A DNA stretch of 64,000 bases, from the NCBI GenBank assembly GCA_041671325.1, contig JBAZBR010000002.1:137978-201977 (forward strand). The letters run 5' to 3'. The notes under the pieces were generated by a model, which saw only the letters and a list, made by a program, of their open reading frames with translations, was not told the DNA's origin and did no database searches. Origin of the DNA: Patescibacteria group bacterium (GTDB lineage: Bacteria; Patescibacteriota; Patescibacteriia; PEXW01). Positions 28,749 through 36,541 of the stretch are shown here, piece after piece (the first letter of the stretch is position 1; every line of letters starts with the position of its first letter). The position numbers and the translations under genes were made by a program.

Positions 28749-29288
28749 TTATTCCGACCAGTAACGAGCGAAGCAGTCGCGGAAGTATTGGTTGTTACTG
28801 ATTTTGGCGATCCGCGTCGCTGCTTCAGAAGTCATCCACTGCATACGAACGGCCAGGGCGAGCATAAGGGCTTCGTCGGCCAGTTCGGGTAAGCCCGAAA
28901 AGGAGATTGCGAAGGGACCGTAATGATCGCAGACGATCATATTGCACAGTATGGCACCGGCGTACTTCTCGTTTTCGACGCGGGTCTGCCAGCTGCTCAC
29001 GGCCTCTTTCCCTCGCTTAACGAAATCAGCGATTAAGCGATCGGCTTTTTCGGTCGCAATGTTTGCGTACTTTAGCGTACCAATTGGCAGTTCGCCGATC
29101 GGTACTGTCAGAAGAGCCGGATTGTTGCTTATGTATTGCGGGCGATTGCTTGGGGTGAGCTTCATTACGAAGAATCCACCTCGCCGGTCTTTACGGTCGT
29201 AGGCTGCCGAGTTGCACATTTCAAGCAAGAGCTCTTCAACTGCTTCAACTACATTGTTGCGAAAGTTCTTGTCAACGATCTCGTTCAT
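28749..29288 (-). CDS. cassette gene 3: hypothetical protein, 179 aa, possibly GlcG/HbpS (DUF336)-like
   Basis: C-terminal GPFAISFSGLPELADEALMLALA resembles the GxxGVSGGxxxQDxxxAxAA motif; weak. Confidence 0.5.
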   Translation of the reverse strand: MNEIVDKNFRNNVVEAVEELLLEMCNSAAYDRKDRRGGFFVMKLTPSNRPQYISNNPALLTVPIGELPIGTLKYANIATEKADRLIADFVKRGKEAVSSWQTRVENEKYAGAILCNMIVCDHYGPFAISFSGLPELADEALMLALAVRMQWMTSEAATRIAKISNNQYFRDCFARYWSE

Positions 29289-29338
29289 GAAAAACCTCCA
29301 GTTTATCTTTCGTTTCTTGGTTTCTTTCTAAGTCACTT

Positions 29339-29367
29339 AATCTAGCAAAAAAGTTTATTGCTGTCAA
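29339..29367 (-). promoter_or_regulatory. sigma70 promoter of cassette gene 3
   Basis: TTGACA-17-TAGATT. Confidence 0.6.
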
Positions 29368-29437
29368 TCCTCCTCCGCTCTCCCTCCCCGCCCAAAAGGC
29401 GGGCAAGCCTTCCGCCCCTGCCCGCGGGGTAGAGAGG
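29362..29437. repeat. class-1 repeat
   Basis: TGTCAATCCTCCTCCGCTC...CCCAAAAGGCGGGCAAGCC...CCCGCGGGG. Confidence 0.7.
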
Positions 29438-29531
29438 TTAGGGTAAGGAATAACGTGTTTGACAGATTAGTAGCGCCATATTAAAGTTGTTCAACAAAGA
29501 AATCATTTGATCTTTATATCTTGGAGGTAGT

Positions 29532-29768
29532 ATGAAAGTGATTGTCAGTGAAAGAGAAGTAACCGGAGATAGGGGTTGCTATGCTAACCCACCGGTTGGC
29601 GCTTCAGTAATCGAAGGTGAGGAAATCCATTTTGCAAATGTTGACTTAACCGCGGATGGGGATAGTCTAAAAATCCGCATTGACAATGACCGGATGTGCT
29701 ATCTTTTTATTCAACGGGATGGAGATACCTTACGTATCAGCAATATCGGTTACGATGTTAAATCGTAA
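29532..29768 (+). CDS. plus-strand gene inside the array: hypothetical protein, 78 aa
   Basis: SD GGAGGTAGT; followed by its own terminator. Confidence 0.5.
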   Translation: MKVIVSEREVTGDRGCYANPPVGASVIEGEEIHFANVDLTADGDSLKIRIDNDRMCYLFIQRDGDTLRISNIGYDVKS

Positions 29769-29774
29769 ATTCAA

Positions 29775-29806
29775 GCGGGATTTCTCCTCCCGCTTTTTAT
29801 TAACGG
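29775..29806 (+). terminator. intrinsic terminator
   Basis: AGCGGGA-TTTCTCC-TCCCGCT followed by TTTT. Confidence 0.6.
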
Positions 29807-29823
29807 TCGGTAAATAATTCTAT

Positions 29824-29898
29824 GCTTCCACTTCCACGGCTTACGCCGTTCCCGCCCAAAGGGCGGGCAAGCCCTCCGCTAGCGGGGTGGGGTTTTTG
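29824..29898. repeat. class-1 repeat without an attached minus-strand promoter
   Basis: GCTTCCACTTCCACGG...CCCGCCC-AAA-GGGCGGG...GGGGTGGGGTTTTTGG. Confidence 0.65.
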
Positions 29899-29908
29899 GA
29901 TAATACAA

Positions 29909-29935
29909 AAACCGCTGGGCGAACCATACGGTTTT
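29909..29935 (-). terminator. terminator of cassette gene 4
   Basis: AACCG...CGGTT hairpin plus a T-run. Confidence 0.5.
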
Positions 29936-29957
29936 TAAAGATGTTGGCGTTGAAGGT

Positions 29958-30233
29958 CTATCGCGTTTCCACGAAGGTAAGCGTTCCTTCAAACACCCCG
30001 AACGAGCTGCTTTCCTGGAATAAGTAATTTTCGGGTTTTTCGTCCGCACGCATGGTACGGGTGAGAACCCACAGGTCGTCTTCTTTCCAGGTGGCGTTTA
30101 CCAGCTTCGTTCCTGCCGGTAATGCAATGGTTTCTTCGCCACCAAAATTGCGGACTCGCTGTTGCTTGGTACAACCACTGAAGCAACCGAAGATCAGCAA
30201 TACGGCCAGGGAAAGAATCAATGTCTTTTTCAA
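29958..30233 (-). CDS. cassette gene 4: small lipoprotein, 91 aa
   Basis: Signal peptide with lipobox FSG-C. Confidence 0.55.
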   Translation of the reverse strand: MKKTLILSLAVLLIFGCFSGCTKQQRVRNFGGEETIALPAGTKLVNATWKEDDLWVLTRTMRADEKPENYLFQESSSFGVFEGTLTFVETR

Positions 30234-30259
30234 AATACCTCCCGACTTTCTCGATGGTT

Positions 30260-30302
30260 TAATTTAATTTCGTGTAACCATAGATGATAGCATAAATAGA
30301 TA
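30260..30302 (-). promoter_or_regulatory. sigma70 promoter of cassette gene 4
   Basis: TTGACA-16/17-TATCAT. The -35 sits in one arm of a 19-bp inverted duplication. Confidence 0.5.
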
Positions 30303-30384
30303 TTTTGTCAACCCCGTTAGAGTTTAGTTTTAATGACTCTAATATATGGGGTAATTAATCATAATAACTCTAACGGGGTCAACC
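30297..30384. repeat. 19-bp perfect inverted repeat duplicating the repeat/-35 junction
   Basis: GTCAACCCCGTTAGAGTT (30297-30315) and AACTCTAACGGGGTCAACC (30366-30384). Confidence 0.6.
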
Positions 30385-30440
30385 CTCCTCCGCTTCCATC
30401 TCCCGCCCAAAGGGCGGGCAAGCCTCGCCCGCGGGGTGAG
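30378..30440. repeat. class-1 repeat
   Basis: CCTCCTCCGCTTCCATCTCCCGCCCAAAGGGCGGGCAAGCCTCGCCCGCGGGG. Confidence 0.7.
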
Positions 30441-30532
30441 GGAAAGATTGCTTCGCAAAACCTCGCAATGACGTAGAAAAAGAAAACCGACCCGCTCTAA
30501 GTGAGGGATCGGTAGAAATTAAACGGCGTCAG

Positions 30533-30850
30533 TTAGAATCTGGGTGGAAGTTCACCTTTGCGTAATCGGGAATATATTGCCGGTATCTGGGATGGCTTCG
30601 CATAGAATTCGATGCCATATGTCCCGACGTAGTCGCCGTCGTACTTGATAACCCACACATCTTCCATGGTGAGTTTGGCTTTTGGAAAGTCCTTTTTCGC
30701 CTCTTTAAAGAGGCGAAAGATATAGTCTAGGTAGCCATGCTGGAGGGAGGTCCTGATTATGACTAGCAGAGTTCCCTTTGGCCGGCCATTATATGGATAG
30801 CACTCTTTGATGAGCTCTACATCCTTCTGTTTCAACAAATCAGTTGCCAT
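30533..30850 (-). CDS. cassette gene 5: hypothetical protein, 105 aa
   Basis: SD AAGGAG; own promoter. Confidence 0.5.
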   Translation of the reverse strand: MATDLLKQKDVELIKECYPYNGRPKGTLLVIIRTSLQHGYLDYIFRLFKEAKKDFPKAKLTMEDVWVIKYDGDYVGTYGIEFYAKPSQIPAIYSRLRKGELPPRF

Positions 30851-30894
30851 ATCTAATTACTCCTTTTTGTTTTTGACAGTTTTGTTATAGAAGA

Positions 30895-30922
30895 ATCTAA
30901 CAAACCATCTGAAATGTGTCAA
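30895..30922 (-). promoter_or_regulatory. sigma70 promoter of cassette gene 5
   Basis: TTGACA-16-TAGATT. Confidence 0.6.
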
Positions 30923-31050
30923 TCCTTTCCGCTTCCACCTCCCCTCCTTCGCCCTTCGGCTTCCGCCTACGCCAAATGCTTCGGCGGACAAGTCGGAGGG
31001 CGGGTCGCCCAAAAGGCGGGCAAGCCCTCCGCCCGCGGGGTGTATTTTTT
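30917..31050. repeat. class-1 repeat, long form (about 134 bp)
   Basis: Adds CTTCGCCCTTCGGCTTCCGCCTACGCCAAATGCTTCGGCGGACAAGTCGGAGGGCGGGTCG before the common 3' half. Plus-strand UUCG tetraloop hairpins. Almost identical to 32400-32510. Confidence 0.75.
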
Positions 31051-31055
31051 AGCAA

Positions 31056-31092
31056 AACAAAAACCCCGGGAAGAATCCACGGGGTTTTGCAA
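31056..31092 (-). terminator. conserved hairpin terminator of cassette gene 6
   Basis: CCCCGGGAAGAATCCACGGGG plus a T-run. Confidence 0.65.
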
Positions 31093-31107
31093 AGGTCATC
31101 TTTTGAT

Positions 31108-31398
31108 TTAAAACTTCATGTAGAAACCCTGGAGGAGCATATACTCTACGTCGACATGTTCTGTGCCGACAGTGATTTTTTGGAGTATATCCAGGATTTC
31201 AGCATTGTAGTCGTTCGGCGTAGACACGAGCCTGATGTACGGTTGGCGTGCACCCCTGACGTCAATCACGTAACTTCCAGGGAATACCGTGATAACGTAT
31301 TCGACTTCGTAATCCTTGCCCCTGAAGGCATTTTGAATCTGAGACGTTAACTCCTCGATCTCGTTTTGTTCAAACCCGATAATTTCAATATTCGGCAT
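31108..31398 (-). CDS. cassette gene 6: hypothetical protein, 96 aa, possible tautomerase-superfamily member
   Basis: Start at MPNIEII with SD AAGGAGG; the N-terminal Met-Pro-x-I-x-I resembles 4-OT/MIF tautomerases. The longer track ORF runs through the promoter. Confidence 0.5.
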   Translation of the reverse strand: MPNIEIIGFEQNEIEELTSQIQNAFRGKDYEVEYVITVFPGSYVIDVRGARQPYIRLVSTPNDYNAEILDILQKITVGTEHVDVEYMLLQGFYMKF

Positions 31399-31444
31399 TT
31401 GAACCTCCTTTTCAAGTAAAATGTTCATGTTTGAATAACGAAAA

Positions 31445-31473
31445 AGTATAGCGTAAATTTTTATTTTTGTCAA
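31445..31473 (-). promoter_or_regulatory. sigma70 promoter of cassette gene 6
   Basis: TTGACA-17-TATACT. Confidence 0.6.
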
Positions 31474-31509
31474 TCCTTTTCCGCTTTTACTATTGATTTT
31501 TGGAATAAG

Positions 31510-31540
31510 AAAAACCCATCCATAGAGGACGGGTTTTCCA
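31510..31540 (-). terminator. terminator of cassette gene 7
   Basis: AACCCGTCC...GGATGGGTT hairpin plus a T-run. Confidence 0.5.
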
Positions 31541-31556
31541 ATGAGATATTTTGGTG

Positions 31557-31898
31557 TTAGGCGGTCACCGGATGATTTTTGAAGTAATCCGGATCGACGA
31601 GCAGCAGAATTTGCTCGCACGCACCAGCGAAGCTCTGCTCATCCACGATGCAACCCCATTTCCTCACGTACAGCCGGGAGAAATCCCAGGTGTTTATTTT
31701 GTTTTTCTCCAGGAGTTCTTCCAGGAGAAGGATGATCGCGTTATGGGTCGTGAACATTTCAGGGGCAGAGTAAACGTGCTCGGCTTTTTTCTGCTCGAGG
31801 CTCTGCTTTGTTCTTTCGAGCAGTTCCTGCAGGGCTCTGCGTAGCTCGTCGTTTTCAGGCAGAATAATATCAATTCCGCCCTTTGCCAGCTCTGTCAT
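31557..31898 (-). CDS. cassette gene 7: hypothetical protein, 113 aa
   Basis: Start at MTELAKGG with SD GAGGAGG, downstream of the promoter. Confidence 0.5.
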   Translation of the reverse strand: MTELAKGGIDIILPENDELRRALQELLERTKQSLEQKKAEHVYSAPEMFTTHNAIILLLEELLEKNKINTWDFSRLYVRKWGCIVDEQSFAGACEQILLLVDPDYFKNHPVTA

Positions 31899-31934
31899 GT
31901 GTACCTCCTCGTTTTTGTTTTCGTAATTTATAAC

Positions 31935-31968
31935 AGCAAAGTATTGCATAGTAAATAAATTTTGTCAA
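31935..31968 (-). promoter_or_regulatory. sigma70 promoter of cassette gene 7
   Basis: TTGACA-17-AATACT. Confidence 0.5.
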
Positions 31969-32027
31969 TCCTTTCCGCTTCCTCCTTTTGCCCTCTACGC
32001 TAGCGTGGTGTATTTTTTATCAAAGCA
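31963..32027. repeat. class-1 repeat, short variant
   Basis: TGTCAATCCTTTCCGCTTCCTCC...GCTAGCGTGGTGTATTTTTT. Confidence 0.65.
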
Positions 32028-32028
32028 A

Positions 32029-32058
32029 AAACCCCGGGAAGAATCCACGTGGTTTTTA
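32029..32058 (-). terminator. conserved hairpin terminator of cassette gene 8
   Basis: CCCCGGGAAGAATCCACGTGG plus a T-run. Confidence 0.6.
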
Positions 32059-32069
32059 GTAAAGAGGGT

Positions 32070-32330
32070 TTAGACAACATTGAGTGCTCGCTTGATGATG
32101 TCAACGGTAATTTCCAAGCTCATTATATTAATCCGAAGCAACAATTCAGTTTTCGGTAAGGCGTCTATGGCCGCGCACCATTCCGGATGCGTGTTCATTA
32201 GCGTTGCCCGCCCACCCTTATCCTTGTCAGCGGTTTTCCAAAAGAGATCTTTAATGTCTTGGATTTCTGCTGGCGTGCGTGCTTGTAAAAGTTTTGTTAT
32301 TTCATCAAGAGCTTTTTCAAAATCTGTCAT
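32070..32330 (-). CDS. cassette gene 8: hypothetical protein, 86 aa
   Basis: SD AAGGAAGG; own promoter. Confidence 0.5.
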   Translation of the reverse strand: MTDFEKALDEITKLLQARTPAEIQDIKDLFWKTADKDKGGRATLMNTHPEWCAAIDALPKTELLLRINIMSLEITVDIIKRALNVV

Positions 32331-32376
32331 TTATTGCCTTCCTTTGTTTTTGTAAATTTCACTTATTTAATAAGGG

Positions 32377-32405
32377 AACTTAACAAATAATAAAATTCTT
32401 GTCAA
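32377..32405 (-). promoter_or_regulatory. sigma70 promoter of cassette gene 8
   Basis: TTGACA-17-TAAGTT. Confidence 0.6.
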
Positions 32406-32510
32406 TCCTTTCCGCTTCCACCTCCCCTCCTTCGCCCTTCGGCTTCCGCCTACGCCAAATGCTTCGGCGGACAAGTCGGAGGGCGGGTCGTCCGCCCGCG
32501 GGATCCCGTG
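32400..32510. repeat. class-1 repeat, long form, second copy
   Basis: About 95% identical to 30917-31050 over the shared part. Confidence 0.75.
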
Positions 32511-32522
32511 GAATATTAAATC

Positions 32523-32553
32523 AGACCTCACAATTGTGAAGTCTGATCGAAAC
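32523..32553 (-). terminator. long perfect hairpin 3' of cassette gene 9
   Basis: ATCAGAC-CTCACAATTGTGAAG-GTCTGAT. The loop is itself palindromic; the T-tract is weak. Confidence 0.35.
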
Positions 32554-32574
32554 AGCAGTTTGTTTTGTTGATCC

Positions 32575-33072
32575 TCAGAATGAAACATGCTCCCGAATTA
32601 CCCGTACAATCTGTTTGGTCATCTCATCGAACCCAAACACGGGCGACCAACATGCCCAGATTTCATAGGGTTCAAGGTGAACACTCTTTATGCCTTGGAT
32701 TCCAAAGAGTGCTTTCACCAAACTGGTTTGCTTGTCCGGTTGGGCACCAGGATAGTGGAAAGAAAGGCGCTGTGCTTCAGTAATTGGCTCAGAAACATCG
32801 AAGTAGCAGTCGCTACGCCCTCCGTTCTTGCTCGTCAGAGCGATACGTAGATTTGGGTCCCAGTTCGTCCGTCGATTCATCGGAACCTCGCCGAGTTTAA
32901 GCATCCAGGTACCGGCCCTGACGAAAAATTTTCGTCCTGGGCAGCAAAGAAGCAGGTGCTTCAATAGGTTTGAAACGTACAACATAGTTACCCCATGCCT
33001 TGCGCTGTTGTTTGTTGGCTGTCTTTTGACGCAAGGCTGCGTATTGGGCAAGACAGATAATCCCAAACGCAT
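32575..33072 (-). CDS. cassette gene 9: hypothetical protein, 165 aa
   Basis: Start ambiguous: MRLGL at 33072 has a short leader and no SD; MLYVSN at 32985 has a weak SD. The track ORF runs upstream through the promoter. Confidence 0.4.
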   Translation of the reverse strand: MRLGLSVLPNTQPCVKRQPTNNSARHGVTMLYVSNLLKHLLLCCPGRKFFVRAGTWMLKLGEVPMNRRTNWDPNLRIALTSKNGGRSDCYFDVSEPITEAQRLSFHYPGAQPDKQTSLVKALFGIQGIKSVHLEPYEIWACWSPVFGFDEMTKQIVRVIREHVSF

Positions 33073-33088
33073 ATTTTTGTAACTGAGT

Positions 33089-33117
33089 ATAGTACCGTAC
33101 TTTTTGTTTTTTGTCAA
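33089..33117 (-). promoter_or_regulatory. sigma70 promoter of cassette gene 9
   Basis: TTGACA-17-TACTAT. Confidence 0.55.
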
Positions 33118-33150
33118 CCCTTTTCCACTTGAGCCCTTTACCCTAAAAAC
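33112..33150. repeat. class-1 repeat, degenerate right-most copy
   Basis: TGTCAACCCTTTTCCACTTGAGCCC. Confidence 0.5.
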
Positions 33151-33156
33151 AACGGG

Positions 33157-33190
33157 AAAAAATAGCCCCGAACCGGTGTTCGGGGCTTTC
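33157..33190 (-). terminator. intrinsic terminator on the minus strand
   Basis: GCCCCGAAC-ACCG-GTTCGGGGC plus a T-run. Confidence 0.6.
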
Positions 33191-33251
33191 AAGGAGGGAT
33201 ATAACTCACCAAGTGGTTATCCTTGGCGAAATCATTATAAGAAAAACGAAA

Positions 33252-33288
33252 TATTTGTCAAAAAAAAGGAGCCCCAAGGATGTCTTGG
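33252..33288 (-). terminator. intrinsic terminator on the minus strand
   Basis: GAGCCCCAAG-ACATCC-TTGGGGCTC followed by an 8-T run. Confidence 0.6.
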
Positions 33289-33510
33289 GGCTCACAAGGA
33301 AAGGAGGTCAGAATGAAAACACTGAAGTAGTACCGGAACTGCTAAGAAAGGAACCCGAGATCCGCGAACGAGAGAAGGAAGTATTTGTTTTAGCTATATA
33401 AAATATAATATAATCCTTTAAAGCCGTCAAATCACTTATAAAATCGTTAAGATTGTTAATAAGGCCCAATTAAACTAAAATGTATTTATCTCTTAATTAT
33501 TAAAAAACAT

Positions 33511-33801
33511 ATGAACCAACAACAGCAAATTCAAATTAAAATTGACGACACCATCATGAAAGGCGTTTATGCCAATATGATGAGCGTATCCCATTCCAAG
33601 GAGGAATTCCTTTTGGATTTTTTGAATATTTACCCGCTCCAGCAGGCTGGGATTGCCACCGCCAGGGTGATTGTCTCCCCAGGCCATATGAAAAGGATTG
33701 TGAATGCCCTGCAGGATAATCTGAAAAAATACGAGAGCAGTTTTGGCGCGATTAAGGAAGCTGATGCGCCCACCAGCGGGGAAGTGGGATTTAAGGGGTA
33801 A
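33511..33801 (+). CDS. DUF3467-like small conserved protein, copy B
   Basis: Paralog of 25292-25579. Differences are mostly synonymous. Confidence 0.6.
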   Translation: MNQQQQIQIKIDDTIMKGVYANMMSVSHSKEEFLLDFLNIYPLQQAGIATARVIVSPGHMKRIVNALQDNLKKYESSFGAIKEADAPTSGEVGFKG

Positions 33802-33915
33802 GTCTTATATCATCCTGAACCTGAGCTTGTCGAAGGTGAAGGATCTTCATAAAGTATGATATTTATTGAGATTCTTCACCCCGCGGTTGCGGGGTTCAGA
33901 ATGACAGAATAAAAC

Positions 33916-35097
33916 ATGCCAGAACCAAAACCTAATATTCCAAATTCAAAATTTACGCCAAAACACCATATCAAATGGAAGGTGATTTTTATTGCTTTGG
34001 TGACTTTTATTTTCGCCGGAGTTTTTTGGTGGACTTTGGATATGGCCTTAAGGGTTAAATTAGTGGGCTTGCCAGCCATAACCCAGCTTTGGCAATTATT
34101 GATTGCCATTGCTTTCTTTTGCCTATTCCTGGCTTTGTTCGGGGTATTTGCCATGACCCGTGGCCGGAAAAGTTTTTGGCAAACCGCTTTGGTGGCTTTA
34201 ACATCTGCAGCTGTCCTAATTCCTTTTTTCCCAACCCGTTATGCCACCCTTGGCGCAGCCGGGATTTTTTTAATCGGCCTGGTCTTGTGGGCTTATAACG
34301 TGGCAGGGGATGTGAATTCCAGGAAAAAATTCCAGCCGCATTACACCATTCATGCGGGCTTTGGCACGGGCTTGGTTTTACTTTTGATTGGCATATCTTT
34401 GTGTTATTACACTTCTTTAGGCGATTCCAAAAAAACCACGGAAGAAGTCAGGCAAAATATTGTGGTGGCTGCCAGGAACAGTATGAATTTAATTCTTAGC
34501 GCCCAAGTCAAGGATTATCGGGGCACCATGACTCTGGATGAATTCTTAAGTTTGATTGCAACTGATAAATTCGGGGAAATTGTGGTGCCGGAATTGACTA
34601 AGACTTTGGGTTCAGATGCGCAAAAAGAATCGGCTTACAAGGAAATCATCAGCCAGCTAAGGAAAGTCAACCCGGTTTTTGAAAATCAGAAAACCACCGA
34701 TGAAATCGAGCAAAAACTTGATGCCCAAATCCAGGCCGAGCAGGAAATTTTGCAAAAAGCGGCCTTAGCCCAGTTGTCAGCGGTCCAAAAGCAGCTTTTG
34801 GAAGAAGCCCGGCGGGAATTTTTGCTAACTTTCAAGATTGAAGCCACCGGTGCCGAACCCATGAATGAAATAATTGATAAAATCATCAATCGCCGCGTTA
34901 TCCAGTATGTGGATCCTTATGAAAAGACCATCCCGCCCATTTTGGCATTATCTTTCTTCTTTATCATTGAATTGATAAGTTTTGTCTACCGTTATGTGAT
35001 TTTTGCTTTGGCGCCGATCATTGCCTGGGTTTACAAAAAACTAGGATTGATTAAGATAAGCAAAGCCCAAGAAGAAGTTGAAAGGGTGGAATTATAA
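33916..35097 (+). CDS. hypothetical membrane protein with a C-terminal coiled-coil region, 393 aa
   Basis: Four or more N-terminal TM helices, then a charged helical region. Confidence 0.5.
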   Translation: MPEPKPNIPNSKFTPKHHIKWKVIFIALVTFIFAGVFWWTLDMALRVKLVGLPAITQLWQLLIAIAFFCLFLALFGVFAMTRGRKSFWQTALVALTSAAVLIPFFPTRYATLGAAGIFLIGLVLWAYNVAGDVNSRKKFQPHYTIHAGFGTGLVLLLIGISLCYYTSLGDSKKTTEEVRQNIVVAARNSMNLILSAQVKDYRGTMTLDEFLSLIATDKFGEIVVPELTKTLGSDAQKESAYKEIISQLRKVNPVFENQKTTDEIEQKLDAQIQAEQEILQKAALAQLSAVQKQLLEEARREFLLTFKIEATGAEPMNEIIDKIINRRVIQYVDPYEKTIPPILALSFFFIIELISFVYRYVIFALAPIIAWVYKKLGLIKISKAQEEVERVEL

Positions 35098-35102
35098 ACC
35101 AT

Positions 35103-36209
35103 ATGGCCAAAGATTATTATGATATTTTAGGCGTTAGCAAAAGCGCCAGCGAGGATGAAATCAAGAAAGCTTTCCGCAAAAAAGCCCATGAGCTGCATCC
35201 TGATAAAGCGCATGGTGACGAGGCAAAATTTAAGGAAGCTAATGAGGCTTACCAAGTTTTATCAAATAAAGAAAAACGCAACCAGTATGACCAATACGGC
35301 CAGACTTTTGACCAAGCCAGCAGGCAAGGCGGGGCGCCTGCTGGCGGCTTTGGCGGTTTCGATCCCAGCGGTTTTCAGCAAGGCAATGTGGATTTTGGCG
35401 ACCTAGGCGATATCTTTGGCGACATTTTTGGTTTTGGCGGCGGCCGTTCAAAAAGAAGCCGGGCAAAAGGTGGCAGAGATATTCAGGCAGATTTGAATTT
35501 AAGTTTTCGCGAAGCGGTTTTTGGCGCGGAAAAATCTTTTGAAATGTATAAAAGCGTAATTTGCGGCCATTGCAGTGGTACAGGCGCAGAACCAGGCTCG
35601 AAAATGCACACCTGCCAGACTTGTAAAGGCCAAGGTCAAGTCCAAAGAATAGTCAATTCTTTTTTTGGCCAGATTGCGCAAAATTCCATTTGCCCGACTT
35701 GCGAAGGCGCTGGCCAGATACCCAGCCAAAAATGCCGGCAATGCAATGGTAATGGCAGGATAAAAAAGAACCAGGTCATAAAAGTCTCAGTACCGGCTGG
35801 CATTGACGATGGTGAAACCTTGCGTTTGTCTAATCAGGGTGAAGCTGGCGAGAAAGGCGGCAGTGCTGGAGATTTGTATTTGCGCATCAGGGTCCAACCA
35901 GATTCTAGGTTTGTCCGTAAAAATGCGGATATCTTAAGCCAAGTGGATATTAATTTTCCTGCTGCAGCTTTGGGTACAAAATTAGAAATTGAAACAATAG
36001 ACGGAGCAATCTCAATGAAAATTCCTGCGGGCACCCAGTCGGGCAAAGTGTTCAGGTTGAAAGACAAAGGTATTCCTTATTTGCGCAAGCGCGGCCGGGG
36101 CGACCATTTAATTACTGTGAATGTGGTCACGCCCACCAGGCTGCATGGCAAAAAGAAAAAACTTTTGGAAGAATTGGCGGAAATGGAAGGGGATGAAATC
36201 TCAGAATAA
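35103..36209 (+). CDS. dnaJ: molecular chaperone DnaJ
   Basis: J-domain HPD motif, Gly-rich linker, and four CxxCxGxG zinc-finger repeats. Confidence 0.95.
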   Translation: MAKDYYDILGVSKSASEDEIKKAFRKKAHELHPDKAHGDEAKFKEANEAYQVLSNKEKRNQYDQYGQTFDQASRQGGAPAGGFGGFDPSGFQQGNVDFGDLGDIFGDIFGFGGGRSKRSRAKGGRDIQADLNLSFREAVFGAEKSFEMYKSVICGHCSGTGAEPGSKMHTCQTCKGQGQVQRIVNSFFGQIAQNSICPTCEGAGQIPSQKCRQCNGNGRIKKNQVIKVSVPAGIDDGETLRLSNQGEAGEKGGSAGDLYLRIRVQPDSRFVRKNADILSQVDINFPAAALGTKLEIETIDGAISMKIPAGTQSGKVFRLKDKGIPYLRKRGRGDHLITVNVVTPTRLHGKKKKLLEELAEMEGDEISE

Positions 36210-36270
36210 AGCAAAATAAAATCTCTCTCCCGCGCACTTGTGCGGTACCATGAATCGGGCTTGGCTTGGA

Positions 36271-36305
36271 TATAATCAAGTAGCCCGATTTTTATTTTTC
36301 CCCTC
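36271..36305 (+). terminator. intrinsic terminator after dnaJ
   Basis: ATCGGGCT...AGCCCGAT followed by TTTTTATTTTT. Confidence 0.65.
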
Positions 36306-36445
36306 ACCCCCTTCCCCTCTCCCTGCCTACCGGCAGGCAGGCCGCTAAGGGAAGAGGGAGGTAATAGTAACTCTGACTAATTACAAAATAACATTCCTTT
36401 CTTTTTCCTCCCCCCTCACGGGGGAGGAACTAAAGGAGAGGAGGA
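36300..36445. repeat. GC-rich palindromic intergenic repeat (class 2 variant)
   Basis: CCCTCACCCCC...CCCTCTCCC...GGGAAGAGGGAGG and CCTCCCCCCTCACGGGGGAGG. Confidence 0.6.
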
Positions 36446-36541
36446 ACAGTAATTAAGCTTTTGGTTTATTATTTTATTCTTGTATTTAATTAAAAAAAGT
36501 GGTATAATTCAGGCATAACAAAATAAATAACCCATAAATTA

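Noticed and set aside
26190-33300. Integron attC sites / integron or CALIN.
   Set aside because: The conserved elements lack recognisable R''-L''/L'-R' GTTRRRY core sites, every unit has its own promoter, and no intI is in the window. The array is integron-like in content but not in mechanism as far as sequence shows.
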